This document shows positions 48,742-58,190 of a DNA stretch of 64,000 bases, piece by piece; the first letter of the stretch is position 1, and every line of letters starts with the position of its first letter. The notes beneath the pieces were generated by a model. The model had not been told where the DNA came from. It was given only the letters and a program-made list of their open reading frames with translations, and ran no database searches. The DNA is from an uncultured virus (IMG/VR IMGVR_UViG_3300031689_000528) (taxonomy: Duplodnaviria > Heunggongvirae > Uroviricota > Caudoviricetes). Made by a program: the position numbers and the translations under genes. Where the stretch lies: IMG/VR virus record IMGVR_UViG_3300031689_000528. The stretch is one strand, 5' to 3'.

Positions 48742-50114
48742 GATTTAACAGGAGTTTTATTATACTCAAACGTTGCTTTGTTATCGCCTTTTTGTGCTAG
48801 ACCAAAACCAGCTTTAGTCATAAATTGAAGTAACATATTCCAATTTAAACCAGATATATCGTCAAAAACCCAAATTGTTTGATCGGCTTTTCTTTCATTG
48901 AAGAAAACAGCTTCTTTTATTACACTAGCAGTATCGTGAGGACCATCAAAGTGTATCATTTCATATTTGTCTAACATGATTTTATTTTCTTCGTAGATAG
49001 GAAAACCATCTTTGAATCTATTCATAAACTCTGTATCTTCTAAATTAATTAAATGAAACTCTGGATAATATTGAGCAAAGTTACCTAGTGCTTTTTGTCT
49101 CATTTTATTATCATAGTTGAATTTTTTTAAAACACCTTCGGAAGCTGCATAGTCAATATTACCATATGGATCTACACCTAAATGATTAGCTCTAACAGTT
49201 GGGTGATAATGTCTGTATGCGTCCATAATAGTTTTACTTCCTAAACCTAATCTAACACCAATCTCCATACTTACACCTATAGGATTTCTTAACATTTTTA
49301 CAGCTGTAGCTAAACTTCCATACTCTATACTATCGCCAGTGAAAATATCTCCTTCATTTACTTCTAATGAATACTTTCCAGTTACAGGATCAATACCTGG
49401 TGCTGTTCTAGCAACATCTTTAGCAGTTTTATCAAAAGGTTCTTCAACTGTCATAGTACCTGTCATTGGTGTCATTGGTGCCTGCTCTACAGCAAACATA
49501 TCAACACCTTTATTAATTTGACCTACTGTGAAAGTACTATCACCTGTATGATCACAACGTATTGTTGTATCTGCCCATAATTCAAAACCTAGATTGCCTG
49601 CTTTTCTACAGAAATCAACATCTTCGGATATTGTATTAGAATGATCAAGTGCTGAGTGATAAGTGAATTGAGGATAACCTACATCTTTTAAAACTTTTCC
49701 TTTTATAAGAACACAACCTAAACCACAAGCTGCAATTTTTATAAACGGAGTATCTTTACATTCTTCAAAAGTTATACGTTCATTTCCACCACCCTCTGGT
49801 CTTTTTTTATAAATTTCTAGTTTATGAGTGCCTTGTATTCTTTGAATATAAAGACCTGATACCATATCTTTGTCATGTTTGATCATTTTCTCTAACGTAT
49901 CTGAAGCAAAAGATATATCACTATCTACAGAAAACAAATAATCATAATGTTGACCCCATTCAGCAATTAAATTTCTTATTTGATCTACTTGATAACCAAA
50001 AAAGAATTGAAATTCAGTTGTATATCCTTCTGGTACTTTTAAATCATAAATTGCTTTGAACGTTGATGGTTCAATAAACTTGTTTGTTGGTATTGCTATC
50101 AGTATTTTTTTCAT
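48738..50114 (-). CDS. Fused GT2-like glycosyltransferase and class I methyltransferase
   Basis: N-half LFSVDSDI, GLGCVLI, SEDVDFC; C-half MEIGVRLG, GVDPY, IHFDGPH, VFDD. Confidence 0.75.
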   Translation of the reverse strand: MKKILIAIPTNKFIEPSTFKAIYDLKVPEGYTTEFQFFFGYQVDQIRNLIAEWGQHYDYLFSVDSDISFASDTLEKMIKHDKDMVSGLYIQRIQGTHKLEIYKKRPEGGGNERITFEECKDTPFIKIAACGLGCVLIKGKVLKDVGYPQFTYHSALDHSNTISEDVDFCRKAGNLGFELWADTTIRCDHTGDSTFTVGQINKGVDMFAVEQAPMTPMTGTMTVEEPFDKTAKDVARTAPGIDPVTGKYSLEVNEGDIFTGDSIEYGSLATAVKMLRNPIGVSMEIGVRLGLGSKTIMDAYRHYHPTVRANHLGVDPYGNIDYAASEGVLKKFNYDNKMRQKALGNFAQYYPEFHLINLEDTEFMNRFKDGFPIYEENKIMLDKYEMIHFDGPHDTASVIKEAVFFNERKADQTIWVFDDISGLNWNMLLQFMTKAGFGLAQKGDNKATFEYNKTPVKS

Positions 50115-52141
50115 TGTGTTATTATCCTATTTGCGTTTTTTGTTTGTTCGTTAGAGTTAATTTTATAGTCGTTTAGTGGATTTATATCGTTATAGTTATA
50201 CACTACATCTGATACTACTTTTACCTTGTCGGGATCACACTGCTCAATGAGTGTATAAAATATAGAACCATCGCCACCAGCTTTGTACCAATTTTTGTTT
50301 TCGTCTTGGAAGTTACTATAATCTACGCCATCTAAAAGTTTTGCTTTGAAAGTTCTTAAATGTGTGTATGGCATATTCCAATTAAATTTATATTCTCTGT
50401 ATTTCTTTTGTTTTTTTATTTCATCTGGATAAGGTTGTGCTACTAAAGGTATTTTATCTACCATAGACCAACATGACCCATAAGAAAATTCTGTAGTGCC
50501 GTCATAAAGATTATTATAAAAGTGAAGTATCTGATTGTTATTAACTAGAGAGTCATCGCCATCTAGGAACATTACTATATCATCTTTATCACAATATTTC
50601 TTTATAGATTCTATTTGATTACAAACAGCACCTTTGTTTACTTCATTTCTAATTACTTTAATATTTTCACTTTCATATTGTTTTGCAATTGAATATGTAT
50701 TATCAGTGGAACAATCATCAATTACTACCATTAAGTAGTTATCATAATCTTGTGTTACAACTGATCTAATACAGTTCTCTATATAGTTAGCCGAATTATA
50801 AGTCGGTGAGATTATAACTATTCTTTGTTCTTTTTTTCTAGGTAAATAATTTTCTTCTTCATTTGTAAATCTTCTACCAAATACCGTTCTATGTCTGGAG
50901 TTTATATAACTTACCTTTCTATATTCTTCTTTAGATAAGTAATCTCCTAATTTATAAAGTATATGTTGTTTCCATTGTAAAGCTACTGAATCCCAACCAA
51001 CAATACCTTTTATAAGATTACAAGCATATTGTTTTTGTTGATGTAAATATCTATTATGATGAGACATCAAAACTGCATTGACAAATTTTTCTACTTGATG
51101 TGGTTGATTAATAAATTGAAATAAATTGTTTGGTTCAATTGCATAATCTATAAGATAACAAGCTTCTTGTACTGCTGTTTCTTCTAAAGCACCAAAACGT
51201 GTGGCGATTACAGGAGTATTATATGCTAATGCTTCTAAAGTTGATATGCCAAATGTTTCAGGAAAGGCACCTGGAAATAATTTAAAACTTGCTCTTTCTA
51301 ATATTTCTGCTATTTCTGATTGTTTAATAATACCTGTAAATTCTATACCAAGCATTTTGTTTTTAGGATCACTAGACATTTTAGTCCATTCTTCTCCTTG
51401 AGCATCCATCTTTTTGCCTGGAAAAACATAAAATCCACCAATGCATATTAATTTTGCCTCTGGTATCTTTGCCTTAATTTTTGGCCATATATCGTTAACT
51501 AGAGGTGCCATACCTTTCGTGAAAGCTGCATTAAAAACGTATAGATGAGGATCTTTTTTTCTTATGTCAACATCATTTTTATAAGTTACTATTCCATTTC
51601 TAGTTTGAAAGAATTTCTTTTTTAAAACTTCAAAATTTCTTCTTTTACCATGATCACAGTTAGTTACATAAGTTGAGTGAAAATCAGATAGAGTAAATAC
51701 TTCATCTATATGTCCACCTACAACCAAGTCTTCCAAATAAATATCTCCGTTTGCAAACGTATCGTGCATCCATACTATTTTATGTTTTGCATAATTTTTT
51801 ATTGCAGAATATCTTTGAGGATTGTATTGAGCAAACTGATTATACATGTTAGGTGTTAAGAAAGGAATTATTGTTCTTAATGATATTACAACATCAAATT
51901 TAAAATCACTCTTATAATCAAGTATAGAGTTGTCTAGATATTGAACACCATCATAGTTTCCTTCTTTTGCAAGATTAGGATCTTTTGAACAGTTATTGAA
52001 GATTGTTACTTTAAAACCTAGTTTGGCAAGGTTTTTAGCCATTAATATTGTCGCTGATTCGGATCCACCGAGACCTCTTTTCTTTAAAGTATCTCCATCG
52101 TATGGTAACCCTATTATATCTAAAAATGCTATGGTTGTCAT
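50111..52141 (-). CDS. Fused GT4-like and GT2 glycosyltransferase
   Basis: GLGGSESA and FPETFGISTLEALA (GT-B); ISPTYNS, VIDDCSTD and FLDGDD (GT-A). Confidence 0.85.
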   Translation of the reverse strand: MTTIAFLDIIGLPYDGDTLKKRGLGGSESATILMAKNLAKLGFKVTIFNNCSKDPNLAKEGNYDGVQYLDNSILDYKSDFKFDVVISLRTIIPFLTPNMYNQFAQYNPQRYSAIKNYAKHKIVWMHDTFANGDIYLEDLVVGGHIDEVFTLSDFHSTYVTNCDHGKRRNFEVLKKKFFQTRNGIVTYKNDVDIRKKDPHLYVFNAAFTKGMAPLVNDIWPKIKAKIPEAKLICIGGFYVFPGKKMDAQGEEWTKMSSDPKNKMLGIEFTGIIKQSEIAEILERASFKLFPGAFPETFGISTLEALAYNTPVIATRFGALEETAVQEACYLIDYAIEPNNLFQFINQPHQVEKFVNAVLMSHHNRYLHQQKQYACNLIKGIVGWDSVALQWKQHILYKLGDYLSKEEYRKVSYINSRHRTVFGRRFTNEEENYLPRKKEQRIVIISPTYNSANYIENCIRSVVTQDYDNYLMVVIDDCSTDNTYSIAKQYESENIKVIRNEVNKGAVCNQIESIKKYCDKDDIVMFLDGDDSLVNNNQILHFYNNLYDGTTEFSYGSCWSMVDKIPLVAQPYPDEIKKQKKYREYKFNWNMPYTHLRTFKAKLLDGVDYSNFQDENKNWYKAGGDGSIFYTLIEQCDPDKVKVVSDVVYNYNDINPLNDYKINSNEQTKNANRIITQ

Positions 52142-52179
52142 ATTATTAGTATCAATTTTATTTTTAATTCACTACAGTT

Positions 52180-52191
52180 TATTTATAAATA
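52180..52191. promoter_or_regulatory. Palindromic bidirectional late promoter TATTTATAAATA
   Basis: Perfect 12-bp palindrome giving TATAAATA on both strands between the GT and collagen-fibre genes. Confidence 0.72.
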
Positions 52192-52257
52192 TACAGTAAC
52201 ACAAAAACAAATAAATGTCAATGCTTGGACATATATGAGGGGAAATAGTATCGCACA

Positions 52258-54420
52258 ATGCCAGTAATTAAGAGTCCATCGGTCCGAGTAGGTCTAGGAC
52301 GTATAGGTTATTCAGGTTCCGCTGGAACAGCAGGTTTCACTGGTTCTGCCGGTGCTACAGGTGCTGCCGGTCCTGGTGGTGGTTATGCCGGCTCTCAAGG
52401 TTATACAGGTTCAGGTGGTTTAGGTTACACAGGTTCACAAGGCGCAGGTTTCACAGGTAGTCAAGGTACAGCAGGTACTTTAGGTTACACAGGTTCACAA
52501 GGAACAGGTTTCACAGGTTCAGCAGGTACAACAGGATTTTCAGGTTCAGCAGGCTCTGTAGGTTATTCAGGATCAGCAGGTTCAACCGGTGGTTTAGGAT
52601 ATTCAGGATCAAAAGGAGATACAGGTACATCGGGTACAGTAGGATTTTCAGGTTCACAAGGCTCATTAGGATATTCAGGATCAAGAGGTACAGCAGGTAC
52701 AACAGGTGGTTTAGGATATTCAGGATCAAGAGGTACAGCAGGTACAGTAGGATTTTCAGGTTCAGCGGGTAGTCAAGGTGTTATTGGTTATTCAGGATCA
52801 AGAGGTACTGCCGGTACAGATGGTGACGATGGTTCAGACGGCTCTGTAGGTTTCACAGGTTCAACAGGTGCAGGTTATTCAGGATCAAAAGGAGATACAG
52901 GTGCTCAAGGGCCAGGTGGTGGTTATACTGGTTCAGCAGGTACAGTAGGATTTTCAGGTTCAGCAGGCTCAACCGGTGGTTTAGGATATTCAGGATCAAA
53001 AGGAGATACAGGTACAGCAGGTGGTTTAGGATATTCAGGTTCAGCAGGTTCAGCCGGTGGTTTAGGATATTCAGGATCAAGAGGTGCTTCAGGTGCCGAT
53101 GGTGCAGGTTATTCAGGATCAAAAGGAGATACAGGAACAGGATTTTCAGGTTCAGTTGGTACTGTTGGTTTCACTGGTTCAGCAGGATCAGGTTCAGATT
53201 CTCCATTTGTATTTACAACTTCAGGAGATTATAGAACACTTACAGGATATTTAGAAGGTGGTTCAACAAAAACAGTTAGAACGGCAGAGTTTTCATCTGA
53301 CTTATTAAGATTAACTTTAGCAACATTTACTCCTACTTTTTCTTCATCACCTAGTCCATCAAGTTATCTAGATTGGGATAGACCAGCAACAGGATTTTCT
53401 GTATCAATAAATAACCCTAGCGATATTACAAATGATTATATAAGTTCAGTTTACTCTATCACTCAATCAGGTGGAAGTGTTAACGGTACTTTAAGTAATT
53501 ATTCAGCAGGTAGTTATTCACAAACACCAGAAGGAGGTGTAGATTGGTCACAAAGTTTTACAACAAACAATTCTACTTCATATATCAGATCAACATCTAC
53601 TAGTCGTAGTGGTGGTTCAGCAAGTGCTGTAGTTAGATACAATCGTAACAATGGTTCAGAATCAGAATATACAGATTCAAATTCAAACATGTCTTTGAGT
53701 TGGGCAACTGCCTCTCATAGTTTATCTAAATCAAATGTTAGTGGTAAAACTTTTTTAAAAACTTACACTAGTACATCGTACAACACAAGTGTAAATAATA
53801 TTAATTCTTCAAGTAACACTTCACATGCTCTTACAGCAAGTGGTGGTTCTTTAAGTACGACTTCAGGAAGCGGGTCTGTAAGTGGAACATTTACCTTTAC
53901 ATCACCTATACACAAAAACAATACAAGCGATACAAGAACGGTTAGTAACACTACAACGTTTACTAGACCTGTCAATGTAACAGGTACCTCATATACGGTA
54001 GATCAGTCTACAACAACAAGCAACGTATCTGCTTCATTTTCATATCCGTCTTTCTGGATTTGGACAGCAGGAGTAGGTTCTACTCCATCTTTGGCCAATA
54101 TAATAAATGATTCTCAATCTACAGGTTTTGAATCAGCAGTGAATCAATTATCTGATCAAACTAAAAATTTTAGTGTTCAATCAGTTAATAATTCAGATTC
54201 TAATCCTAGAGCATTTTGGTTTGCTGTTAGGAATACTGCAAGTCAACCAACAACATTTAAAACAGGTGCTAGTGCAGGTTTATTAAGTGATGTTTCTACT
54301 ACAGATGGTGGAACAATTTCTTTAATTCCTGATTCACCACCTTCTGGTTTAACTTCCGAAAGTTATCATATTTACGGATTTACTTTACAACCAGGAACAA
54401 CATATGTGGAGATAAGTTAA
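52258..54420 (+). CDS. Collagen-like (Gly-X-Y) fibre protein with Ser/Thr-rich C-terminal domain
   Basis: About 300 aa of G(F/Y)(T/S)GSxG triplets followed by a Ser/Thr-rich beta domain. Confidence 0.8.
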   Translation: MPVIKSPSVRVGLGRIGYSGSAGTAGFTGSAGATGAAGPGGGYAGSQGYTGSGGLGYTGSQGAGFTGSQGTAGTLGYTGSQGTGFTGSAGTTGFSGSAGSVGYSGSAGSTGGLGYSGSKGDTGTSGTVGFSGSQGSLGYSGSRGTAGTTGGLGYSGSRGTAGTVGFSGSAGSQGVIGYSGSRGTAGTDGDDGSDGSVGFTGSTGAGYSGSKGDTGAQGPGGGYTGSAGTVGFSGSAGSTGGLGYSGSKGDTGTAGGLGYSGSAGSAGGLGYSGSRGASGADGAGYSGSKGDTGTGFSGSVGTVGFTGSAGSGSDSPFVFTTSGDYRTLTGYLEGGSTKTVRTAEFSSDLLRLTLATFTPTFSSSPSPSSYLDWDRPATGFSVSINNPSDITNDYISSVYSITQSGGSVNGTLSNYSAGSYSQTPEGGVDWSQSFTTNNSTSYIRSTSTSRSGGSASAVVRYNRNNGSESEYTDSNSNMSLSWATASHSLSKSNVSGKTFLKTYTSTSYNTSVNNINSSSNTSHALTASGGSLSTTSGSGSVSGTFTFTSPIHKNNTSDTRTVSNTTTFTRPVNVTGTSYTVDQSTTTSNVSASFSYPSFWIWTAGVGSTPSLANIINDSQSTGFESAVNQLSDQTKNFSVQSVNNSDSNPRAFWFAVRNTASQPTTFKTGASAGLLSDVSTTDGGTISLIPDSPPSGLTSESYHIYGFTLQPGTTYVEIS
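52306..53190 (+). repeat. In-frame collagen-like repeats (GGATATTCAGGATCAA-type units)
   Basis: Recurrent GxSGSxG codon blocks. Confidence 0.8.
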
Positions 54421-54423
54421 TAG

Positions 54424-55830
54424 ATGGCTACTAACTACGATGGATTAACCCGAAACGTTTGGCCAGGTACTTGGAGTACCGGCACTAATGCGCCTATCGT
54501 ATTAGACACAGAGGTAAGAGGAACACTTCAAAGTATATCTGGTGCTGCTAACGATCAGTTGCATAATATTCCAGGTGCTAGAATCCAGGAAGGTATGTTA
54601 GTATACGTTAAAAACGGATATACTAATGGCTCTACAACATATGTATCTGACAAATATTATACTTACAAACTTATAGGCTCAGAGACTCGTAGTAATATTA
54701 CCGGCGCTGTACCAAACGCCAACGCCAACTGGACTTTATTCAGTGTTGGTGGTGGAGCAGGTTACACTGGTTCTGCCGGTGCAATTGGTTTTACAGGTTC
54801 AGCAGGTACAGTAGGATTTTCAGGATCAAAAGGTGATCAAGGTAATTTAGGATATTCAGGATCAAAAGGTGATCAAGGTAATTTAGGATATTCAGGATCA
54901 AAAGGAGATACAGGTACAACAGGTGGTTTAGGATATTCAGGTTCAGCAGGTGTAGGATATTCAGGATCAAGAGGTACAGCAGGTACAACAGGTACAGTAG
55001 GATTTTCAGGATCAAAAGGAGATACAGGTACAACAGGTGGTTTAGGATATTCAGGATCAAAAGGTGATCAAGGTAATTTAGGATATTCAGGATCAAAAGG
55101 CGATCAAGGTAATTTAGGATATTCAGGATCAAAAGGTGATCAAGGTAATTTAGGATATTCAGGATCAGAAGGAGTTGGATATACAGGTTCACGAGGTACA
55201 CAAGGTACTGTAGGTTATGTAGGATCAGAGGGAAATTTAGACGTAACAGTAAACTCAACACCACCGGTTGGTGCTGGTATTGGTGACGTTTGGATTGATG
55301 ACGCAACAGGAATTCAATATTTCTGGATGTATGATGGTAACAGTAATCAATGGGTAGAATTAAGTAACCAAGGTGTAGTAGGATTTACAGGTTCACAAGG
55401 AGCAGTAGGAGCTATTAATGATTTATCAGACGTAACAGTTACGGCTCCAACTAGAGGTCAAACTTTAGTTTATGAAACTGCCGGTTGGATACAAAGTGTA
55501 ACGCCTATATCTCAATTTGTACTAACAGCTAACGGTTCTAGTGCATATAGATTTGACGGTGCAGGCTTTCCAGCGGGTACTAGTGGTGACAACCCTACAA
55601 TATTTTTAAAAAAAGGCCAGACATATTACTTTAGAAATACAAGTAGTGGTCACCCTTTTGAAATACGATCAACTGCCGGTGGTAGTGCGTATAACACAGG
55701 CGTTACAGATAATAACGCTTCAGGTCCTTCAGGAATAATTGTTTTTCATATTCCTATGAACGCACCTGCGACATTATACTATCAATGTTCATCGCATAGT
55801 TCAATGTTAGGAACAATTACTATCGTATAA
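54424..55830 (+). CDS. Collagen-like fibre protein with C-terminal cupredoxin-like domain
   Basis: GYSGSKGDQGNL repeats; C-terminal GHPF...LYYQCSSHSSM. Confidence 0.78.
   Translation: MATNYDGLTRNVWPGTWSTGTNAPIVLDTEVRGTLQSISGAANDQLHNIPGARIQEGMLVYVKNGYTNGSTTYVSDKYYTYKLIGSETRSNITGAVPNANANWTLFSVGGGAGYTGSAGAIGFTGSAGTVGFSGSKGDQGNLGYSGSKGDQGNLGYSGSKGDTGTTGGLGYSGSAGVGYSGSRGTAGTTGTVGFSGSKGDTGTTGGLGYSGSKGDQGNLGYSGSKGDQGNLGYSGSKGDQGNLGYSGSEGVGYTGSRGTQGTVGYVGSEGNLDVTVNSTPPVGAGIGDVWIDDATGIQYFWMYDGNSNQWVELSNQGVVGFTGSQGAVGAINDLSDVTVTAPTRGQTLVYETAGWIQSVTPISQFVLTANGSSAYRFDGAGFPAGTSGDNPTIFLKKGQTYYFRNTSSGHPFEIRSTAGGSAYNTGVTDNNASGPSGIIVFHIPMNAPATLYYQCSSHSSMLGTITIV
54815..55165 (+). repeat. 36-bp tandem coding repeats (GGATATTCAGGATCAAAAGGTGATCAAGGTAATTTA and variants)
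   Basis: Near-identical 12-codon units GYSGSKGDQGNL. Confidence 0.85.
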
Positions 55831-55883
55831 GAAAAAAAGTTTTGAAACACTTGATTTAATATCATTAATGAGAGTGTATATAT

Positions 55884-55891
55884 TATAAATA
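55884..55891 (+). promoter_or_regulatory. Late promoter TATAAATA
   Basis: Exact box; downstream context AGAGATAGAAA is the same as at 18784. Confidence 0.7.
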
Positions 55892-55982
55892 GAGATAGAA
55901 AAGATAGTTTCTTTTCTTGCAAGAGACAGAACATGACAGAAAGTGATAAGTTAAATTTAACAATAATTAGGAGACAAGCAAA

Positions 55983-57077
55983 ATGGCAATTAATTTTCCA
56001 AATAGTCCCTCATTAAACGATCTTTACACACTTGGCACACGTCAGTGGAAATGGAACGGTAATGGGTGGGCACTTCAGCCTTTAACAGCAGGTTTCACTG
56101 GATCAATCGGTTACTCCGGTTCTAAAGGTGATATTGGTTATACAGGTTCAAAAGGAAACACGGGTCAAGGTTTTAGAATTACTAAAACTTATACAAGCGT
56201 TTCTGCACTATCAGCAGACACAAGTCCATCAGGCATAGCAACTGGTGAATTTGCAATAATTGAAAACGGCTCTTTAACAGACGCCGAAAATTCTAGATTA
56301 TACCTATGGAATGGATCAAACTACAGTTTTGTATCCGATCTTTCTGGTACAATTGGTTTCACAGGATCTAAAGGAGACATTGGTTTCACAGGTTCACAAG
56401 GTGTAATTGGTTTTACTGGTTCTAAAGGTGATCAAGGTATCATTGGTTTTACAGGATCTAAAGGCGATCAAGGTATAATTGGTTTTACTGGTTCACAAGG
56501 TGTAATTGGTTTTACAGGATCAAAAGGCTTCACAGGATCTAAAGGAGACATTGGTTTCTCAGGTTCTAAAGGAGACATTGGTTTCACAGGATCAAAAGGC
56601 TTTGGCGGTTCTAAAGGTGATATTGGTTATTCAGGATCTAAAGGAGACATTGGTTTCTCAGGTTCTAAAGGCGATATTGGTTTTACGGGCTCTAAAGGTT
56701 TCGCAGGATCAGAAGGTAATTTAGATATTACAACTTCAGTAGCTCCACCATCAAGTGGTGTTGGTGAAGGTGATATTTGGGTTGACGCTAATACAGGCGT
56801 ACAGTACTTCTACTACAACGATGGTAATTCAGTTCAATGGGTTGAATTAAGTAACCAAGGTGTTGTTGGTTTTACTGGATCTAAAGGTGATACAGGTAAT
56901 CAAGGTGTTATAGGATTCTCAGGATCAAAAGGTGACCAAGGTGTTATCGGGTTCTCAGGTTCTCAAGGCGCACAAGTGGCAACAGTTGACTCAAGTAATT
57001 TTTCAGCTGCTGTAACATTACTGATTAAAAACAGTAGTGGTACTACATTAAAAACAATCATAGGTAATGCTTCATAG
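55983..57077 (+). CDS. Collagen-like fibre protein
   Basis: AINFPNSP..WKWNG N-domain, GFTGSKGD repeats, IKNSSG C-terminal motif. Confidence 0.78.
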   Translation: MAINFPNSPSLNDLYTLGTRQWKWNGNGWALQPLTAGFTGSIGYSGSKGDIGYTGSKGNTGQGFRITKTYTSVSALSADTSPSGIATGEFAIIENGSLTDAENSRLYLWNGSNYSFVSDLSGTIGFTGSKGDIGFTGSQGVIGFTGSKGDQGIIGFTGSKGDQGIIGFTGSQGVIGFTGSKGFTGSKGDIGFSGSKGDIGFTGSKGFGGSKGDIGYSGSKGDIGFSGSKGDIGFTGSKGFAGSEGNLDITTSVAPPSSGVGEGDIWVDANTGVQYFYYNDGNSVQWVELSNQGVVGFTGSKGDTGNQGVIGFSGSKGDQGVIGFSGSQGAQVATVDSSNFSAAVTLLIKNSSGTTLKTIIGNAS

Positions 57078-57109
57078 GCATAACTGAAGAATAATAGGAG
57101 AAATATAAC

Positions 57110-58045
57110 ATGGCAACAAGAAACCCCTTAATATACTCTGGGAATAACTTGGTTGAGATGACTTCAGGTCAGATGGACGCTTTAATATTGAATATTGTTT
57201 ATCAATATTCTCAAAGTCCCTCTGTAGCTTTATCTGTTGTTGGTAGTAGCGGTACTCTAGGATCATTAAGTGATACTAGATTACAGGCTGGAGCTATTTC
57301 TAATAGTAACAGTTCTTTCCCTTCACAAGGAACGACACAAGACCCACAAACGGTAACAGTTAACTATGATAAAATAACTCAAACAGTTCAATCGGTAACG
57401 AAAACAACTGACACAGGCACAACATGGCCGATCTACTACGAGACAAGTGGTGGTAATCTTCGTGCTATGCCTATTGCAGACATTAAGGACACGTTCCTTC
57501 ATCCTGCAATTGATTTATTGACAGCAAGTACAACGACTTCACAACAAGGTGGAACATATCATATATCTACATCTTCAAGTGTGTCGGGATCAACTGAAGT
57601 TTCTGGAAGTAATACACCGATCTTTATTGACACAAGAGCCAACACTGGTTCTTATGCGTCAGGATCAATCGGTGATCACGCTCAGGACAATCCAACTACG
57701 ATTACAAGTTACTATTTACAACGTGTAAATGGTGCTACATCATCATACGAACAACCTTTGACTATTGTCTCAGGAAATAACCTACAGCAAGTAACTACTT
57801 CAAACTTTAACACTTTGTTACAAGGATGGATTAGAGAAACTGCAGCTAATTCCTCTGACGGTTATTCAATACGTTACAACTTTAATGGTTCTGGTACGAC
57901 AAGAGGTTCAGGAATGGCTAACACCGTTTTGAACGGAACAAACTACCAAACTAGACAAGTTGGTGATGACTACAGAGCGCAAGAGTTTCCAGCAGGTTCT
58001 GCTACAACTCAAGCAACTCACACTTTAAAGATTCTAAAAGCATAA
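57110..58045 (+). CDS. Ser/Thr-rich virion structural protein (possible fibre tip/adhesin)
   Basis: AGGAG RBS; DTRLQAG, IFIDTRAN and DDYRAQEFP; follows a fibre gene and precedes a terminator. Confidence 0.6.
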   Translation: MATRNPLIYSGNNLVEMTSGQMDALILNIVYQYSQSPSVALSVVGSSGTLGSLSDTRLQAGAISNSNSSFPSQGTTQDPQTVTVNYDKITQTVQSVTKTTDTGTTWPIYYETSGGNLRAMPIADIKDTFLHPAIDLLTASTTTSQQGGTYHISTSSSVSGSTEVSGSNTPIFIDTRANTGSYASGSIGDHAQDNPTTITSYYLQRVNGATSSYEQPLTIVSGNNLQQVTTSNFNTLLQGWIRETAANSSDGYSIRYNFNGSGTTRGSGMANTVLNGTNYQTRQVGDDYRAQEFPAGSATTQATHTLKILKA

Positions 58046-58077
58046 TCTTTAATTTAAGTAGTTTAATCAAAAAGATT

Positions 58078-58110
58078 AACCCCTGGAATGAAAGTTCCAG
58101 GGGTTTTTTT
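58078..58110 (+). terminator. Rho-independent terminator
   Basis: AACCCCTGGAA-TGAAAG-TTCCAGGGGTT hairpin followed by a T-run. Confidence 0.9.
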
Positions 58111-58136
58111 ATGGAAAATAAGCTCTTAATATCTGT

Positions 58137-58153
58137 TATAAATATTATAAATA
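58137..58153 (+). promoter_or_regulatory. Tandem late promoters TATAAATA (58137-58144 and 58146-58153)
   Basis: Two exact boxes between the terminator and ORF 58191. Confidence 0.72.
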
Positions 58154-58190
58154 TGGTGAGAGATCAACTAAAGGTTAACAAAATTATAAC

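Noticed and set aside
54815..55165. 36-bp repeats as a CRISPR array
   Set aside because: Repeats are directly tandem, in frame and encode Gly-X-Y; there are no unique spacers or cas genes.
52511..55306. Minus-strand ORFs 52511, 52853 and 54791 with LNILNHLLYL repeats
   Set aside because: Antisense shadows of the collagen repeats.
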